DNA of 64,000 bases, taken from NCBI GenBank assembly GCA_002688175.1, contig NZCC01000024.1, forward strand, positions 18,126 to 82,125. Reading direction: 5' to 3'. The first letter of the stretch is position 1. Every line of letters begins with the position of its first letter. This DNA is from Chromatiales bacterium (GTDB taxonomy: Bacteria > Pseudomonadota > Gammaproteobacteria > Steroidobacterales > GCA-2729495). This document shows, piece by piece, positions 9,898 to 19,889 of the stretch. Below the pieces are notes generated by a model, which made no database searches, had not been told where the DNA came from, and saw only the letters and a program-made list of their open reading frames with translations. The translations under genes were made by a program, and so were the position numbers.

Positions 9898-10878
9898 ATG
9901 ACAAAACTATCTCTGCGCCGCACCCGACTGAACCACCACACTCGGGAACTAACACGCGAAACACATATTCAGCCCCAGCAACTGATTCAACCACTGTTTG
10001 TCGTCGATGGTATTGATGAACGCGAACCGGTCCCAGGTATCGACATGCTTTTTCGCGACACACAGCAAAGCCTGTTGCAACAAATCGAGGCTGACAGGGC
10101 TGCCGGCATCAATAAATTTCTACTCTTCAGTGTACCTGCGGAAAAAAGTACCGCCACATTCAATGTGTCATTTACCGTGGCACAAATCGAGGCAATCAGA
10201 CAACAATTCGGTGCTGACATCTGGCTTGCCGTCGATGTCTGCCTGTGTTCACACACCATGCATGGTCATTGTGGTGTACTCAACTCCGCCGGTAATTATC
10301 TGCGCAATGACGCCACCGTAAGTGAACTTGCGAATATAGCCGGGCTTTATGCTGAGGCCGGCGCCGATTGCATCGCACCGAGCGACATGATGGACGGCAG
10401 AGTCGCTGCCATTCGTGCCACACTCGACGAGCTTGGCTGTGAACAGACGACGATCATGAGTTACTCGGCAAAGTTCCATTCTCATTTCTACGGCCCTTTT
10501 CGCCTGGCCGCAGATTCGGCCCCGGCCACCCAGAACCAGCTGCAGGACCGGGCCAGCTACCAGATCGACCCGGCGCGACCAACGGATGCACTGGCAAGCT
10601 CACAACGTGATGCCCGGGAAGGGGCCGATATTCTGATGGTCAAACCTGGCCTGCCGTATCTTGACGTACTCACCAATCTGACCGGGCAGATTCCACTTCC
10701 CTGGGCCGTCTACCAGACCAGCGGCGAACAGGCTGCGATCGACACACTCGCCCGGCATGACCTGATACAGCGTGATGGTGCGCAACACGAAACATGGCTG
10801 GCTTTCAAGCGGGCCGGTGCAACCATGATTATCAGTTATGCGGCACGACGAGCGAACCAGATACTGCGCACTGTGTGA
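9898..10878 (+). CDS. hemB: porphobilinogen synthase (delta-aminolevulinate dehydratase), Cys-rich Zn-type site
   Basis: 326 aa. RRTRLNHHTRELTRE, DVCLCSHTMHGHCG, MVKPGLPYLDV, YQTSGE. Confidence 0.9.
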   Translation: MTKLSLRRTRLNHHTRELTRETHIQPQQLIQPLFVVDGIDEREPVPGIDMLFRDTQQSLLQQIEADRAAGINKFLLFSVPAEKSTATFNVSFTVAQIEAIRQQFGADIWLAVDVCLCSHTMHGHCGVLNSAGNYLRNDATVSELANIAGLYAEAGADCIAPSDMMDGRVAAIRATLDELGCEQTTIMSYSAKFHSHFYGPFRLAADSAPATQNQLQDRASYQIDPARPTDALASSQRDAREGADILMVKPGLPYLDVLTNLTGQIPLPWAVYQTSGEQAAIDTLARHDLIQRDGAQHETWLAFKRAGATMIISYAARRANQILRTV

Positions 10879-10905
10879 GCCCGATTACTCCCGGATAAAG
10901 AATAT

Positions 10906-11358
10906 ATGCCAGTAAGCCAGCCCTTATCCTCCGACCCAGGCACCTATGCGCTGATCATGAGCTGCAGAAAATCATCCCGCCTGGCCGTCGGCAAGTTGGG
11001 CAACATGATGCTGCAACCCGGATTCTATATTTATGTTGGTAGTGCCCTTGGGCCTGGCGGCATCAAGGCTCGCGTTTCCCGTCACCGCCGCCGGAACAAG
11101 AAACTGCACTGGCACATCGACTATCTGCGCCGACAGACTGCATTGATTGAAACCTGGACCATGACAGGCACGATAAACCATGAACACGCCTGGGCCGCGG
11201 CCCTGACTAAAAAGTATGTAACTGCCTGCAACCGGTTCGGTGCATCGGACTGCCGATGTTCATCTCACTTGTTCTACACCGCCATCAGGCCGTCGCCAGA
11301 TATTATCGATGCACTATGCTGCGACATTGACAGCCGACTTGAAGTAAAAATATTTTAA
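10906..11358 (+). CDS. GIY-YIG superfamily protein (DUF123-like)
   Basis: 150 aa. GFYIYVGSALGPGGIKARVSRHRRRNKKLHWHIDYL matches the DUF123 pattern as I remember it. Confidence 0.6.
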   Translation: MPVSQPLSSDPGTYALIMSCRKSSRLAVGKLGNMMLQPGFYIYVGSALGPGGIKARVSRHRRRNKKLHWHIDYLRRQTALIETWTMTGTINHEHAWAAALTKKYVTACNRFGASDCRCSSHLFYTAIRPSPDIIDALCCDIDSRLEVKIF

Positions 11359-11395
11359 CCCTGCTGGAATGACTTCAGCCACGATTCCCACTCTT

Positions 11396-12706
11396 TCACT
11401 TATGTACTCTGCCAGCACGGATAACATGATGAATCCGGCGAACATTGCCTACATCGAGACGCGGATCGGCATCGAGTACCAGCAGATCCGCCTGGGCGCC
11501 TTCTCGCAGCGTGCCGAACACGCCTTTGCGATTGAACACACTGGCTGCCGTGGTCGTTGCAGCCCTGAGTACATCAATTGGATCCAGCCCGGCCTCCTGG
11601 TGCATGACGAGTTCAAGCTGGGCTGAAATACCGGGCAACACACCGGGAATACCCGTATCAGTACCAATCAGCACCGGGATACCGGCTCCGTACACGGTAA
11701 ACAGGTTGAGGCGTAAAACCGGCAACCGCGCAACGGTCCACGCCGTATTGTCGAGCCGTGACGTACCGGAAGGAGCCTTGCGAAAGATCTCCATCGCAGC
11801 CGGATTTAACCGCTTGTTGAGATCAAATTTTTCGAGTCGGTCAACCCATTTATCATAACCGACATTGGTCTGAAACATCGTTAACGTCGATATATAGCAA
11901 GTGTTACCACGCTTCATCAGGTCAATGAATTCTGCATCGACGGGCTCACTGATGATGCCGTGGACAAGACAGTCAACACCTGCCTCGAGCAGGTGCTTGG
12001 CAAGTTCCAGAATGGGTGCATGGGCAAAAGACATCAGCTCTTGTTTATGAGCCTCATCAATAATGGCAATTGCAATCTCCCGATCCATGACCGCGAAGGG
12101 ACGTGTCGTCGCCCAACGCATATCGTCGTACATCAGTTTGACGCCATCCGAACCAGCAGCCTTAATTTCGCGCACAATCGCCCGTGCCTCATCCGGTGTC
12201 TCGGGGGTGTACCCTTTGCCCCAGCCGCCATCCGTTGTGAATACCCCACGCACCAGAAACGTGCGCGGATAGGCACTGCGGTCCCGTGAAACCTCATTGC
12301 GCAACTGATCGAACTCGTCAACCGGAACCCCCGGATCCAGGGTTGCTGTGACACCCCAGTCGAGCAAACTACTGAGTACGGCGGCCGGGTTACCGCCCGG
12401 TTTGAACATGCCGGACCTCAGGTGATTGTGCATGTCGGCGATACCGGGCATGACATAGCCACCGCTGGCATCGAGCACCTGTGCAGAGGGCGGTGCCGGT
12501 GAATTATCACCCGGCTGTACGGCAATAATCAGGCCGTTCTGGACGATGATAGTGCCCGGCACTCCGAGATCATCACGCCCCGGGTCGATCAGCGTCCCGC
12601 CACGGATGACGAGCAGATTACCAGTCTGGGCATGCACTGGTATGGCGACACAAAATATGATGCCACACAAAATCAGGTTCGCGAGGCAGCTAAAACCCTT
12701 CACCAT
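11396..12706 (-). CDS. secreted metal-dependent amidohydrolase-superfamily protein
   Basis: 436 aa. Signal peptide LILCGIIFCVAIPVHAQ. HxH metal motif GIADMHNHL. C-terminal GTDTG and ADLLVLDADP strings typical of the family. Confidence 0.75.
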   Translation of the reverse strand: MVKGFSCLANLILCGIIFCVAIPVHAQTGNLLVIRGGTLIDPGRDDLGVPGTIIVQNGLIIAVQPGDNSPAPPSAQVLDASGGYVMPGIADMHNHLRSGMFKPGGNPAAVLSSLLDWGVTATLDPGVPVDEFDQLRNEVSRDRSAYPRTFLVRGVFTTDGGWGKGYTPETPDEARAIVREIKAAGSDGVKLMYDDMRWATTRPFAVMDREIAIAIIDEAHKQELMSFAHAPILELAKHLLEAGVDCLVHGIISEPVDAEFIDLMKRGNTCYISTLTMFQTNVGYDKWVDRLEKFDLNKRLNPAAMEIFRKAPSGTSRLDNTAWTVARLPVLRLNLFTVYGAGIPVLIGTDTGIPGVLPGISAQLELVMHQEAGLDPIDVLRAATTTAASVFNRKGVFGTLREGAQADLLVLDADPRLDVGNVRRIHHVIRAGRVHK

Positions 12707-12887
12707 TCCTGTATCCCCATGTATTCCGGTAACTGTCGAAGCATGAAAATATCATCTTTTGCTGATCAAGACGATCAACTCGGACAGTAAATTCACCACC
12801 GAACCCATACCTATGCGTATAACCGCCGGCAGGAAAACGGTGTTTTACATCAATCGTAACCTGATCTCCGGCCTGTTGATCAGGAAA

Positions 12888-13475
12888 TCACAACAACCGC
12901 AAGAACTCTTCACGCGTCTGTGGCTGGGCACGAAAACTGCCGAGCATGCAGGATGTCGTCATAACCGAATTCTGTTTCTGGACACCTCGCATCATCATGC
13001 ACATATGCTGGGCCTCAATCACGACCCCAACACCACACGCATCGATCGAATCATTGACACAACTTGCGATTTGCTTGGTCAGCACTTCCTGGATCTGTAA
13101 CCGGCGCGCGAAATAATCGACGATACGTGCGATCTTCGACAGACCAATTACCTTGCCTTGTGGAATATAGGCAACGTGACACTTACCTATGAACGGCAAC
13201 ATGTGATGCTCACACAACGAGTACATCTCGATATTGCTCACGATGACCATCTCATCTGTATCACTCGTGAATACGGCATCGTTAATCAGATCAGCAAGAT
13301 TCTGCCGGTACCCGCCGGTGATAAAATGCAGCGCCTTGGCTGCACGTTTGGGTGTATCGATGAGTCCCTCGCGCTGTGGGTCTTCGCCCATAGCCACGAG
13401 GATTTCGCGATAGTTTTCAGTCATGCGCTGTATGTTGTCGTCATCTTCTGACACGTCATCGTCCTTTTGCTTCAA
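12888..13475 (-). CDS. folE: GTP cyclohydrolase I
   Basis: 195 aa. [40 protein letters not shown]. Located 54 nt downstream of the NRPS on the same strand. Confidence 0.9.
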   Translation of the reverse strand: MKQKDDDVSEDDDNIQRMTENYREILVAMGEDPQREGLIDTPKRAAKALHFITGGYRQNLADLINDAVFTSDTDEMVIVSNIEMYSLCEHHMLPFIGKCHVAYIPQGKVIGLSKIARIVDYFARRLQIQEVLTKQIASCVNDSIDACGVGVVIEAQHMCMMMRGVQKQNSVMTTSCMLGSFRAQPQTREEFLRLL

Positions 13476-13529
13476 TCTGAGTCTGAATGTAATGCTACGG
13501 CGGGCATACCTGCCAACAGCTGATCAATA

Positions 13530-16500
13530 TCACCGGATGACCGAAATTAACTCATCGCAACTATCCGAACCAGTTTCACGGCCAGACAAATGGGTCATCA
13601 AATCGGCGAACCCGGCAATCGTGGGATACTCGAACAGGTTAATCAAGGGCACTTCGATATTCAGCTGGTCTCGTATGCGGGCAATAACCCGGGTCGCGAG
13701 CAGCGAGTGACCACCGAGCGCAAAGAAATCATCATGCACACCAAGCGTCTCCAGTTGTAACACCTCTCCCCAGATCGACAGCAATTTGCCCTCCAGTTCG
13801 CTGCGCGCCGGTACCAGCCCTGTGCCTGCCTCACGATCAAACCGTAGCTCCGGCAAAGCTGCTCGCGCCACTTTACCGTTTGCATGGCGTGGCAATTCTT
13901 CCAGCCACTCGATCGCCTGCGGCACCATAAAGGCAGGTAATTGTCCTCGCAGGGCATCGAGGAGTGCGGCAGTAGCCGGCCTGTCATGCGCGGCAGTCAC
14001 CACATAGGCTATCAACCAGGGATCACCCTGCCGCTCGATAACCGTTACTGCACAATCGGCAACCCCAGGCAATGTGCCGAGCAGCGATTCAATCTCGGCA
14101 GGCTCGACCCGGTAACCGCGAATATTGACCTGCTCATCCCGCCGCCCAACATATACGATTTGACCGTCCGGCAAGCGCCGCCCGAGATCCCCGGTGCGCA
14201 ACATGGAACCGGGGCCAAAGTGCTCCGCTGTTGGTTGCGGTTGTCGCCAGTAACCGGGTGACAGGCCCTGCCCCGTCAGCACAATTTCACCACACCAACC
14301 CGGCACCCCATGATCGTCCAGCAACGCTACGTCGAGCCCCGTAACCGCAGCCCCGATCGGCACTGACTGGCCGACCAGCCGGGTATCCATATCGGCATGA
14401 AATTGCAACGCGAGCGTTGACTCGGTCAAACCTAACCCGTTGATAAAACGCGTGCCGCGTACAAAGCGCGAGCGATACAACTCAAAATCTGAACGACGCA
14501 CCGGCTCACCACCGAGCACTACCAGGCGCACGCCAGACAGATCGTGAGAACAATTCAGCTCTCCGCCGAATAAATAGCGATACAGTGACGGTGCCGCATG
14601 TACAACTGTGATGCCATCGGCAACCAGCGCCGTAACCAGCGCCGTATTCTCGATCAGACGCTGACCCCCGACCGCATTGTCGTAGCCTGAAACGTTGTAC
14701 AAGCAGACCGTAGCGCCATTTAACAACGCGCCGAAGATATCCTGAATAGCAGCATCATAAGCAAAACCTGACAATCCACTTAACCGGTCCGCCGGACTGA
14801 GATCAAGTGCCTGCGAATAACGTCCGACCTGGGTCACAACACCCTGGTGGGTCTGCATGACACCTTTTGGTGTACCGGTCGACCCGGATGTGTAAATGAT
14901 GCAGGCCAAAGCATCAGCCTCGATCGTGACCTGTGGATCTTCGGCAGTTGCTTTTCCATCAAGCTCGATAACCGGCAATAGTGATGCTGACAGTGCGTGA
15001 GCCTTATCGGCATGGAGGGGATCAGCGACAATCGCACCAAGGCCGGCATCGCGTGCGATCGCGACCAGTCGGGCCTCCGGCCAGGACGGATCAAGCGGCA
15101 CCCAGGCATAACCGGCCTTCAGGATTCCAACCAGACCGACGACCAGGGGCGTATCCGGCGCACCTATCAGGCCAATGCGCGGCACCTCCGGATCCGGGGC
15201 AAGTTCGAGCGACAACAGGCGTACAGCCAGCTTGTTGGCCTGCTCATTCAGCTCCCCATAACTCAATCTGCTGCAGCTTGAGCGTACGGCCATAGCCTTC
15301 GGTGCCTGGCGCAACCGAGCACCAAAATGGGTCAGGATGTTACCCGTCCAGTCCGCCTGCTTGAGCCGTTGCGGCTCAGTCAGCGAAGGTAATTCGTTCA
15401 GCCGAAGATCCGGATCAGCAACGAAAGTTTCCAGGAGCAGCACATAGTAATCAGTAAGTTCGCTGATCGTAGCTTCGGCAAACAGATCGGAATTGTATTC
15501 AAAGTGAGCAAACAGACCACCCACATCACTGTGCAGCAACTCGCTGATGCTGACGGTCAGGTCAAATTTTGCCAGACCACGATCGATACCCATTGGTGTC
15601 GCATCAAGCGCATCGAAATCGGTCGCCTGCACCGGTTCATTGTGCAGGTTAAACATGACCTGGAAGATCGGTGTGCGTCCGGTGTTTCGTTCAGGGCGCA
15701 GTTCATCGACGAGTTTTTCAAACGGCAGATCCTGATGCGCATAGGCATCGAGCGCTGTCTTGCGAACCCGTACAAGTAATTCGCGAAAGGTCGGATTCCC
15801 GTCAAATCGGGTGCGCAACACAAGCGTGTTGATGAAGAAACCGATCAGGCCTTCGAGTTCGGTTCGTCCGCGCCCTGCAATCGGCGTTCCGATGACCACG
15901 TCCCGGGTACCGGCATACCGTCCCAGGACCAGCGCAAATATTGCGGCCAGAACCATGAACAGCGTACTGTCCTCTTGCCGGGCAAGACCAGTAAGGGCAT
16001 CGGCCAGCTCAGCTGTCAATGACCGCGAGAGGCTTGCACCGCGATGAGACTGAACAGCCGGCCGGGGCCGGTCGGTCGGCAGTTCCAGCAACGGCGGCAC
16101 ACCTTCCAGTTGCTTCCGCCAATAGTCGATCTGTCGCGCCAGCTCTGCACCGGTCAACCGGTCATGTTGCCAGACTGCGTAATCAGCATACTGCACTGCT
16201 AACGGTGCCCATGACGGCAGCTCGCCACGCCGTAATGCATTGTAAGCCGTCGATAATTCTCCGAATAACACGGACATCGACCAGCCATCAGCGATGATGT
16301 GATGAATGACCACCAGCAACACCTGCTCATGAGCACCGGTGGTGACAATATGCACGCACATCAGTGGCCCGACATCAAGTGCAAACGGTTTCTTTGCCAG
16401 TCCACTCAAGCGGACCTTCAGTTCATCCTCCGACGTTGCAGATAAGGTCGTGTATTCAACATCAACCAACAGTTCAGCGGCAATCAGTTGACGTGGCACA

Positions 16501-19500
16501 CCACCGTCAGCGCTGAAGGTGGTCCGCAAAATCTCGTGTCGCGCCACGAGCGCCTGCACGGCTGCTGTAAGTGCATTGCGGTCCACTTCGCCAACCAGGC
16601 GCTGGCACCAGGCCAGGTTATAAGCGCTGCTGCCCGGCTCCAGCTGATCGAGAAACCAGAGCCGTTGCTGCATCAGTGAAGCCGGTGCCTGGGTGCGAAG
16701 ATGACTATCCCGTGCCACCAGCTGACCGGCACGGCCGGTAAACTCAAGCGCACACCGATTCGTATCATCTGATTCAAGCAAGCCGGTCAAACCCGCCACC
16801 GTCGGCTCATCGAACAAGGCGCGCAGCGGCAGTTCGACAGCCAGTACGTCACGAATACGCGCTACCAGCTGAGTTGCGAGTAATGAGTGGCCACCGACAG
16901 TGAAAAAGTTATCGTTCACTCCAACGCCGGGCAAGCCGAGAACATCGGCAAACAGGCCGGCCAGCGCTGCCTCCAACGGTCCATTGGGTATGTCCCGGAC
17001 AGATGCGGTATTGATGCTCGCAATGGAAACCGGATCAGGCGCCGGCAACTGACGACGGTCAACCTTACCATTCGGCGTGAGCGGTAAGGATTCGAGAGCG
17101 ACAAATAATGACGGCAGCATGTAATCCGGTAAGTGATCGCGTAATGCGACACGCAAGGCATCAGCATCGAGCGGTGTAGCAACCGGTACGACATAGGCAA
17201 CCAGTCGCTCATTGCTGAGCACCACAGCCGCCGCACTGATGCCGGCAAGATCACCCAGTACCGCCTCTATCTCACCCAGCTCAATCCGGAAGCCCCGCAA
17301 TTTGACCTGGCGATCAATCCGCCCCAGCAGTTCAAGCCTGCCGTCATTGCGAATCCGAGCCAGGTCTCCGGTACGATAAAGCCTGTCACCCGGCCGCACC
17401 GGATCGGCAACAAAACGTTCGGCGGTCAGTTCCGCACGTTCATGATAACCATCCGCCAGACCCTGCCCACCGATGTAGAGTTCCCCCACGACCCCGACCG
17501 GTACCGGCCTCATGCTGACATCGAGGACCAGGATTATCGTGTTGGCTATTGGCCGACCGATGGTAATTGGCGAGGATGCATTAAGGAGCCGCTCGCAGAT
17601 TGACCAGATCGTTGTCTCGGTCGGGCCATACATATTCCACAGCTCACCGCCTGCATCGAGCAACTGCCTGGCAAGCCCCCGGTCAAGTGATTCTCCGCCG
17701 CACAGGATGCGCAGACCCGGCAAACCACTCCAGCCGGCATTGAGCAGTAAACGCCAGGTCGCCGGTGTAGCCTGCATGATCGTCGGTTGGCACTCCTGTA
17801 CCAACGCACTGAGTGCAGGGCCATCACCGGTTGTCTCGGCAGGTGCAATGATAACGCTGGCACCAACGGTCAGCGGTAACAGCAATTCGAGCACGGCAAT
17901 GTCAAAACTCAAGGTCGTAACAGCGAGCAACCGATCACCCGCCTCGATACCGGGCTCAGTTACCATGCTCAGCAGAAAATTCACCACCGCCTGATGTCCA
18001 ATGCGCACACCTTTTGGCCTGCCCGTCGAACCCGAGGTGTAAATCAGGTACGCAACCGACGCATCCGGAGCCACTTCTTTACCGGTGCGCTCAACAACAG
18101 GCATCCGGATCTCCGCGATCCGACCGTCATCGGTTAACAATACGATTGCGCCGTCAAAAGGCGGCAAGGATCCACTGATGGCTGCCTGCGTGATCAGGAT
18201 ACCGGCACCCGAATCATCGAGCATATAACAGATGCGCTGAGCAGGATAGGTCCGGTCCAGTGGCACGTATCCGGCACCGGATTGCAACACGCCGAGCACT
18301 GCCGTCATCATGACCGGCGCTCTTTCGGTACAGATCGCGATGAACGGGCTCGCCGCTCGCGGTAACAATTCGACCAGGCACTCTGCCAGTGCCGCCGCAC
18401 GCGCATCCAGCTTGCTGTAAGTCCAGGCCTGATCCATGAACTCAAGCGCAATTGCATCCGGCATCCGTTGCGTCTGTGCATTGATCAGTCCGTGCACGGT
18501 CAGCTGAGTATCAACTACCCGCACATTCCCGGCCGTTGCAGCGAAGAGATCATGGTGTTGTTCCACCGACAGCAAATCGAGTTTATCTATCGACTGCTCC
18601 GGATCCTGCGTGATCGCCCGCAATAAGATTTCATAACTTGCAGCCAGGCGGTCTATGGTTTGTTCATCAAACAGGTCTGTGTTGTATTCAAGATTTACCC
18701 ATAACTCGTCTTCATACTCATGCGCCGATACAGTCAGGTCGAACTTTGCTGTGTCGACCGGACCCGCCTCACCCGGTTCTATATCGAGACCATGAATTGG
18801 CTGTGCCTCCCATGGCGTGTTCTGCAGAATAAACATCGTCTGAAACAACGGCGAGCGAGCCTGATCACGAACTGGTTGCAGGGTTTCAACGAGTTTCTCG
18901 AAGGGTAATTCCTGATGTGCGAATGCAGCCAGTGTCGAGCGCCGCACCCGGGCCAGCAATTCGAGAAAACCCGGCCGACCGGATAAATCGGTACGCAGTA
19001 CCAGCGTATTTACGAATAAACCAATCAGCCCTTCAAGCTCAGTGCGACGCCGACCCGCAATCGGTGACCCCACACAAATATCGTCCTGCCCGGTATAGCG
19101 TGACAACAACACATTAAATGCCGCGAGCATCACCATAAACAGTGTGCATGAATGATCACGGGCCAGCTTATTGAGTGCCGCCATCAGGTTGGCCGGCATG
19201 ACACGGGTCAGACGATGGCCGTTATAGGTCTGGTGCGGTGGCCGCGGCCGATCCGTCGGCAACGATAATTCTGCCGGGGCATCCGCCAGCGCGACACGCC
19301 AGAATTCCAGCTGCCGTTCCAGTTCAGGGCCGGCGAGCCAGTTTCGTTGCCAGATCGTATAATCTGCATATTGCACCGGCAATTCACTTAGCTGTGGTCG
19401 CTCACCGGCTGCCAGTGCAGCGTAGCACCCGGCCAGATCGCCGAACAAAACCCCCGATGACCACGCGTCCGACACAATATGATGACTGAGCATCAACAAC

Positions 19501-19889
19501 AGGTGCTCGTTCGCTATAATGCGTAATACGTGGACACGAAACAGCGGGCCCATCGCAAGATCAAACGGTTCAGCAACCAACTCGCCGACCCGTGCGTGTA
19601 ATACAGCGGGGCCCGACTCGGTTAACTCGTGCCATTGCACCGGCACCTCGACGGCGGCGGTAATAATCTGCACCGGCTCTCCACCGCGGTCCACAAAAGT
19701 TGTGCGCAGCGATTCATGTCGGGCAACCACGAGATTGACGGCATCCTGCAAGCTGTCGCGATCGAGGGGACCGGTCAGGCTGACCGGCAACCGGATCGTA
19801 TAGACGGTACTCGGCCCTTCGAGCTGATCGAGAAACCACAGCCGCTGTTGTACAAACGACAGCGGAAATTCATACCGTTCCGCACTCAT
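13530..19889 (-). CDS. nonribosomal peptide synthetase, modules 5-6 (C-A-T-C-A-T), no terminal TE/R/C domain
   Basis: 2119 aa. C: LSFVQQRLWFL, HHIVSDAWS (res 136-144). A: LIYTSGSTGRPKGV, NMYGPTETT, GKVDR. T: FFTVGGHSLL. Second C: SLMQQRLWFL (from about res 1071), HHIIADGWS. Second A: IIYTSGSTGTPKGV, NGLGLTEST, NGKVAR. T: FFALGGHSLLATRV. The protein ends about 30 aa after the last T domain. The start overlaps the upstream NRPS stop by 4 nt (ATGA). Confidence 0.95.
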   Translation of the reverse strand: MSAERYEFPLSFVQQRLWFLDQLEGPSTVYTIRLPVSLTGPLDRDSLQDAVNLVVARHESLRTTFVDRGGEPVQIITAAVEVPVQWHELTESGPAVLHARVGELVAEPFDLAMGPLFRVHVLRIIANEHLLLMLSHHIVSDAWSSGVLFGDLAGCYAALAAGERPQLSELPVQYADYTIWQRNWLAGPELERQLEFWRVALADAPAELSLPTDRPRPPHQTYNGHRLTRVMPANLMAALNKLARDHSCTLFMVMLAAFNVLLSRYTGQDDICVGSPIAGRRRTELEGLIGLFVNTLVLRTDLSGRPGFLELLARVRRSTLAAFAHQELPFEKLVETLQPVRDQARSPLFQTMFILQNTPWEAQPIHGLDIEPGEAGPVDTAKFDLTVSAHEYEDELWVNLEYNTDLFDEQTIDRLAASYEILLRAITQDPEQSIDKLDLLSVEQHHDLFAATAGNVRVVDTQLTVHGLINAQTQRMPDAIALEFMDQAWTYSKLDARAAALAECLVELLPRAASPFIAICTERAPVMMTAVLGVLQSGAGYVPLDRTYPAQRICYMLDDSGAGILITQAAISGSLPPFDGAIVLLTDDGRIAEIRMPVVERTGKEVAPDASVAYLIYTSGSTGRPKGVRIGHQAVVNFLLSMVTEPGIEAGDRLLAVTTLSFDIAVLELLLPLTVGASVIIAPAETTGDGPALSALVQECQPTIMQATPATWRLLLNAGWSGLPGLRILCGGESLDRGLARQLLDAGGELWNMYGPTETTIWSICERLLNASSPITIGRPIANTIILVLDVSMRPVPVGVVGELYIGGQGLADGYHERAELTAERFVADPVRPGDRLYRTGDLARIRNDGRLELLGRIDRQVKLRGFRIELGEIEAVLGDLAGISAAAVVLSNERLVAYVVPVATPLDADALRVALRDHLPDYMLPSLFVALESLPLTPNGKVDRRQLPAPDPVSIASINTASVRDIPNGPLEAALAGLFADVLGLPGVGVNDNFFTVGGHSLLATQLVARIRDVLAVELPLRALFDEPTVAGLTGLLESDDTNRCALEFTGRAGQLVARDSHLRTQAPASLMQQRLWFLDQLEPGSSAYNLAWCQRLVGEVDRNALTAAVQALVARHEILRTTFSADGGVPRQLIAAELLVDVEYTTLSATSEDELKVRLSGLAKKPFALDVGPLMCVHIVTTGAHEQVLLVVIHHIIADGWSMSVLFGELSTAYNALRRGELPSWAPLAVQYADYAVWQHDRLTGAELARQIDYWRKQLEGVPPLLELPTDRPRPAVQSHRGASLSRSLTAELADALTGLARQEDSTLFMVLAAIFALVLGRYAGTRDVVIGTPIAGRGRTELEGLIGFFINTLVLRTRFDGNPTFRELLVRVRKTALDAYAHQDLPFEKLVDELRPERNTGRTPIFQVMFNLHNEPVQATDFDALDATPMGIDRGLAKFDLTVSISELLHSDVGGLFAHFEYNSDLFAEATISELTDYYVLLLETFVADPDLRLNELPSLTEPQRLKQADWTGNILTHFGARLRQAPKAMAVRSSCSRLSYGELNEQANKLAVRLLSLELAPDPEVPRIGLIGAPDTPLVVGLVGILKAGYAWVPLDPSWPEARLVAIARDAGLGAIVADPLHADKAHALSASLLPVIELDGKATAEDPQVTIEADALACIIYTSGSTGTPKGVMQTHQGVVTQVGRYSQALDLSPADRLSGLSGFAYDAAIQDIFGALLNGATVCLYNVSGYDNAVGGQRLIENTALVTALVADGITVVHAAPSLYRYLFGGELNCSHDLSGVRLVVLGGEPVRRSDFELYRSRFVRGTRFINGLGLTESTLALQFHADMDTRLVGQSVPIGAAVTGLDVALLDDHGVPGWCGEIVLTGQGLSPGYWRQPQPTAEHFGPGSMLRTGDLGRRLPDGQIVYVGRRDEQVNIRGYRVEPAEIESLLGTLPGVADCAVTVIERQGDPWLIAYVVTAAHDRPATAALLDALRGQLPAFMVPQAIEWLEELPRHANGKVARAALPELRFDREAGTGLVPARSELEGKLLSIWGEVLQLETLGVHDDFFALGGHSLLATRVIARIRDQLNIEVPLINLFEYPTIAGFADLMTHLSGRETGSDSCDELISVIR

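Noticed and set aside
12860-12884. Hairpin cctgatc-N11-gatcagg just after the folE stop as an operon terminator
   Set aside because: It is only a 7-bp stem with no following U-tract on the minus-strand transcript. It cannot tell whether the amidohydrolase is co-transcribed.
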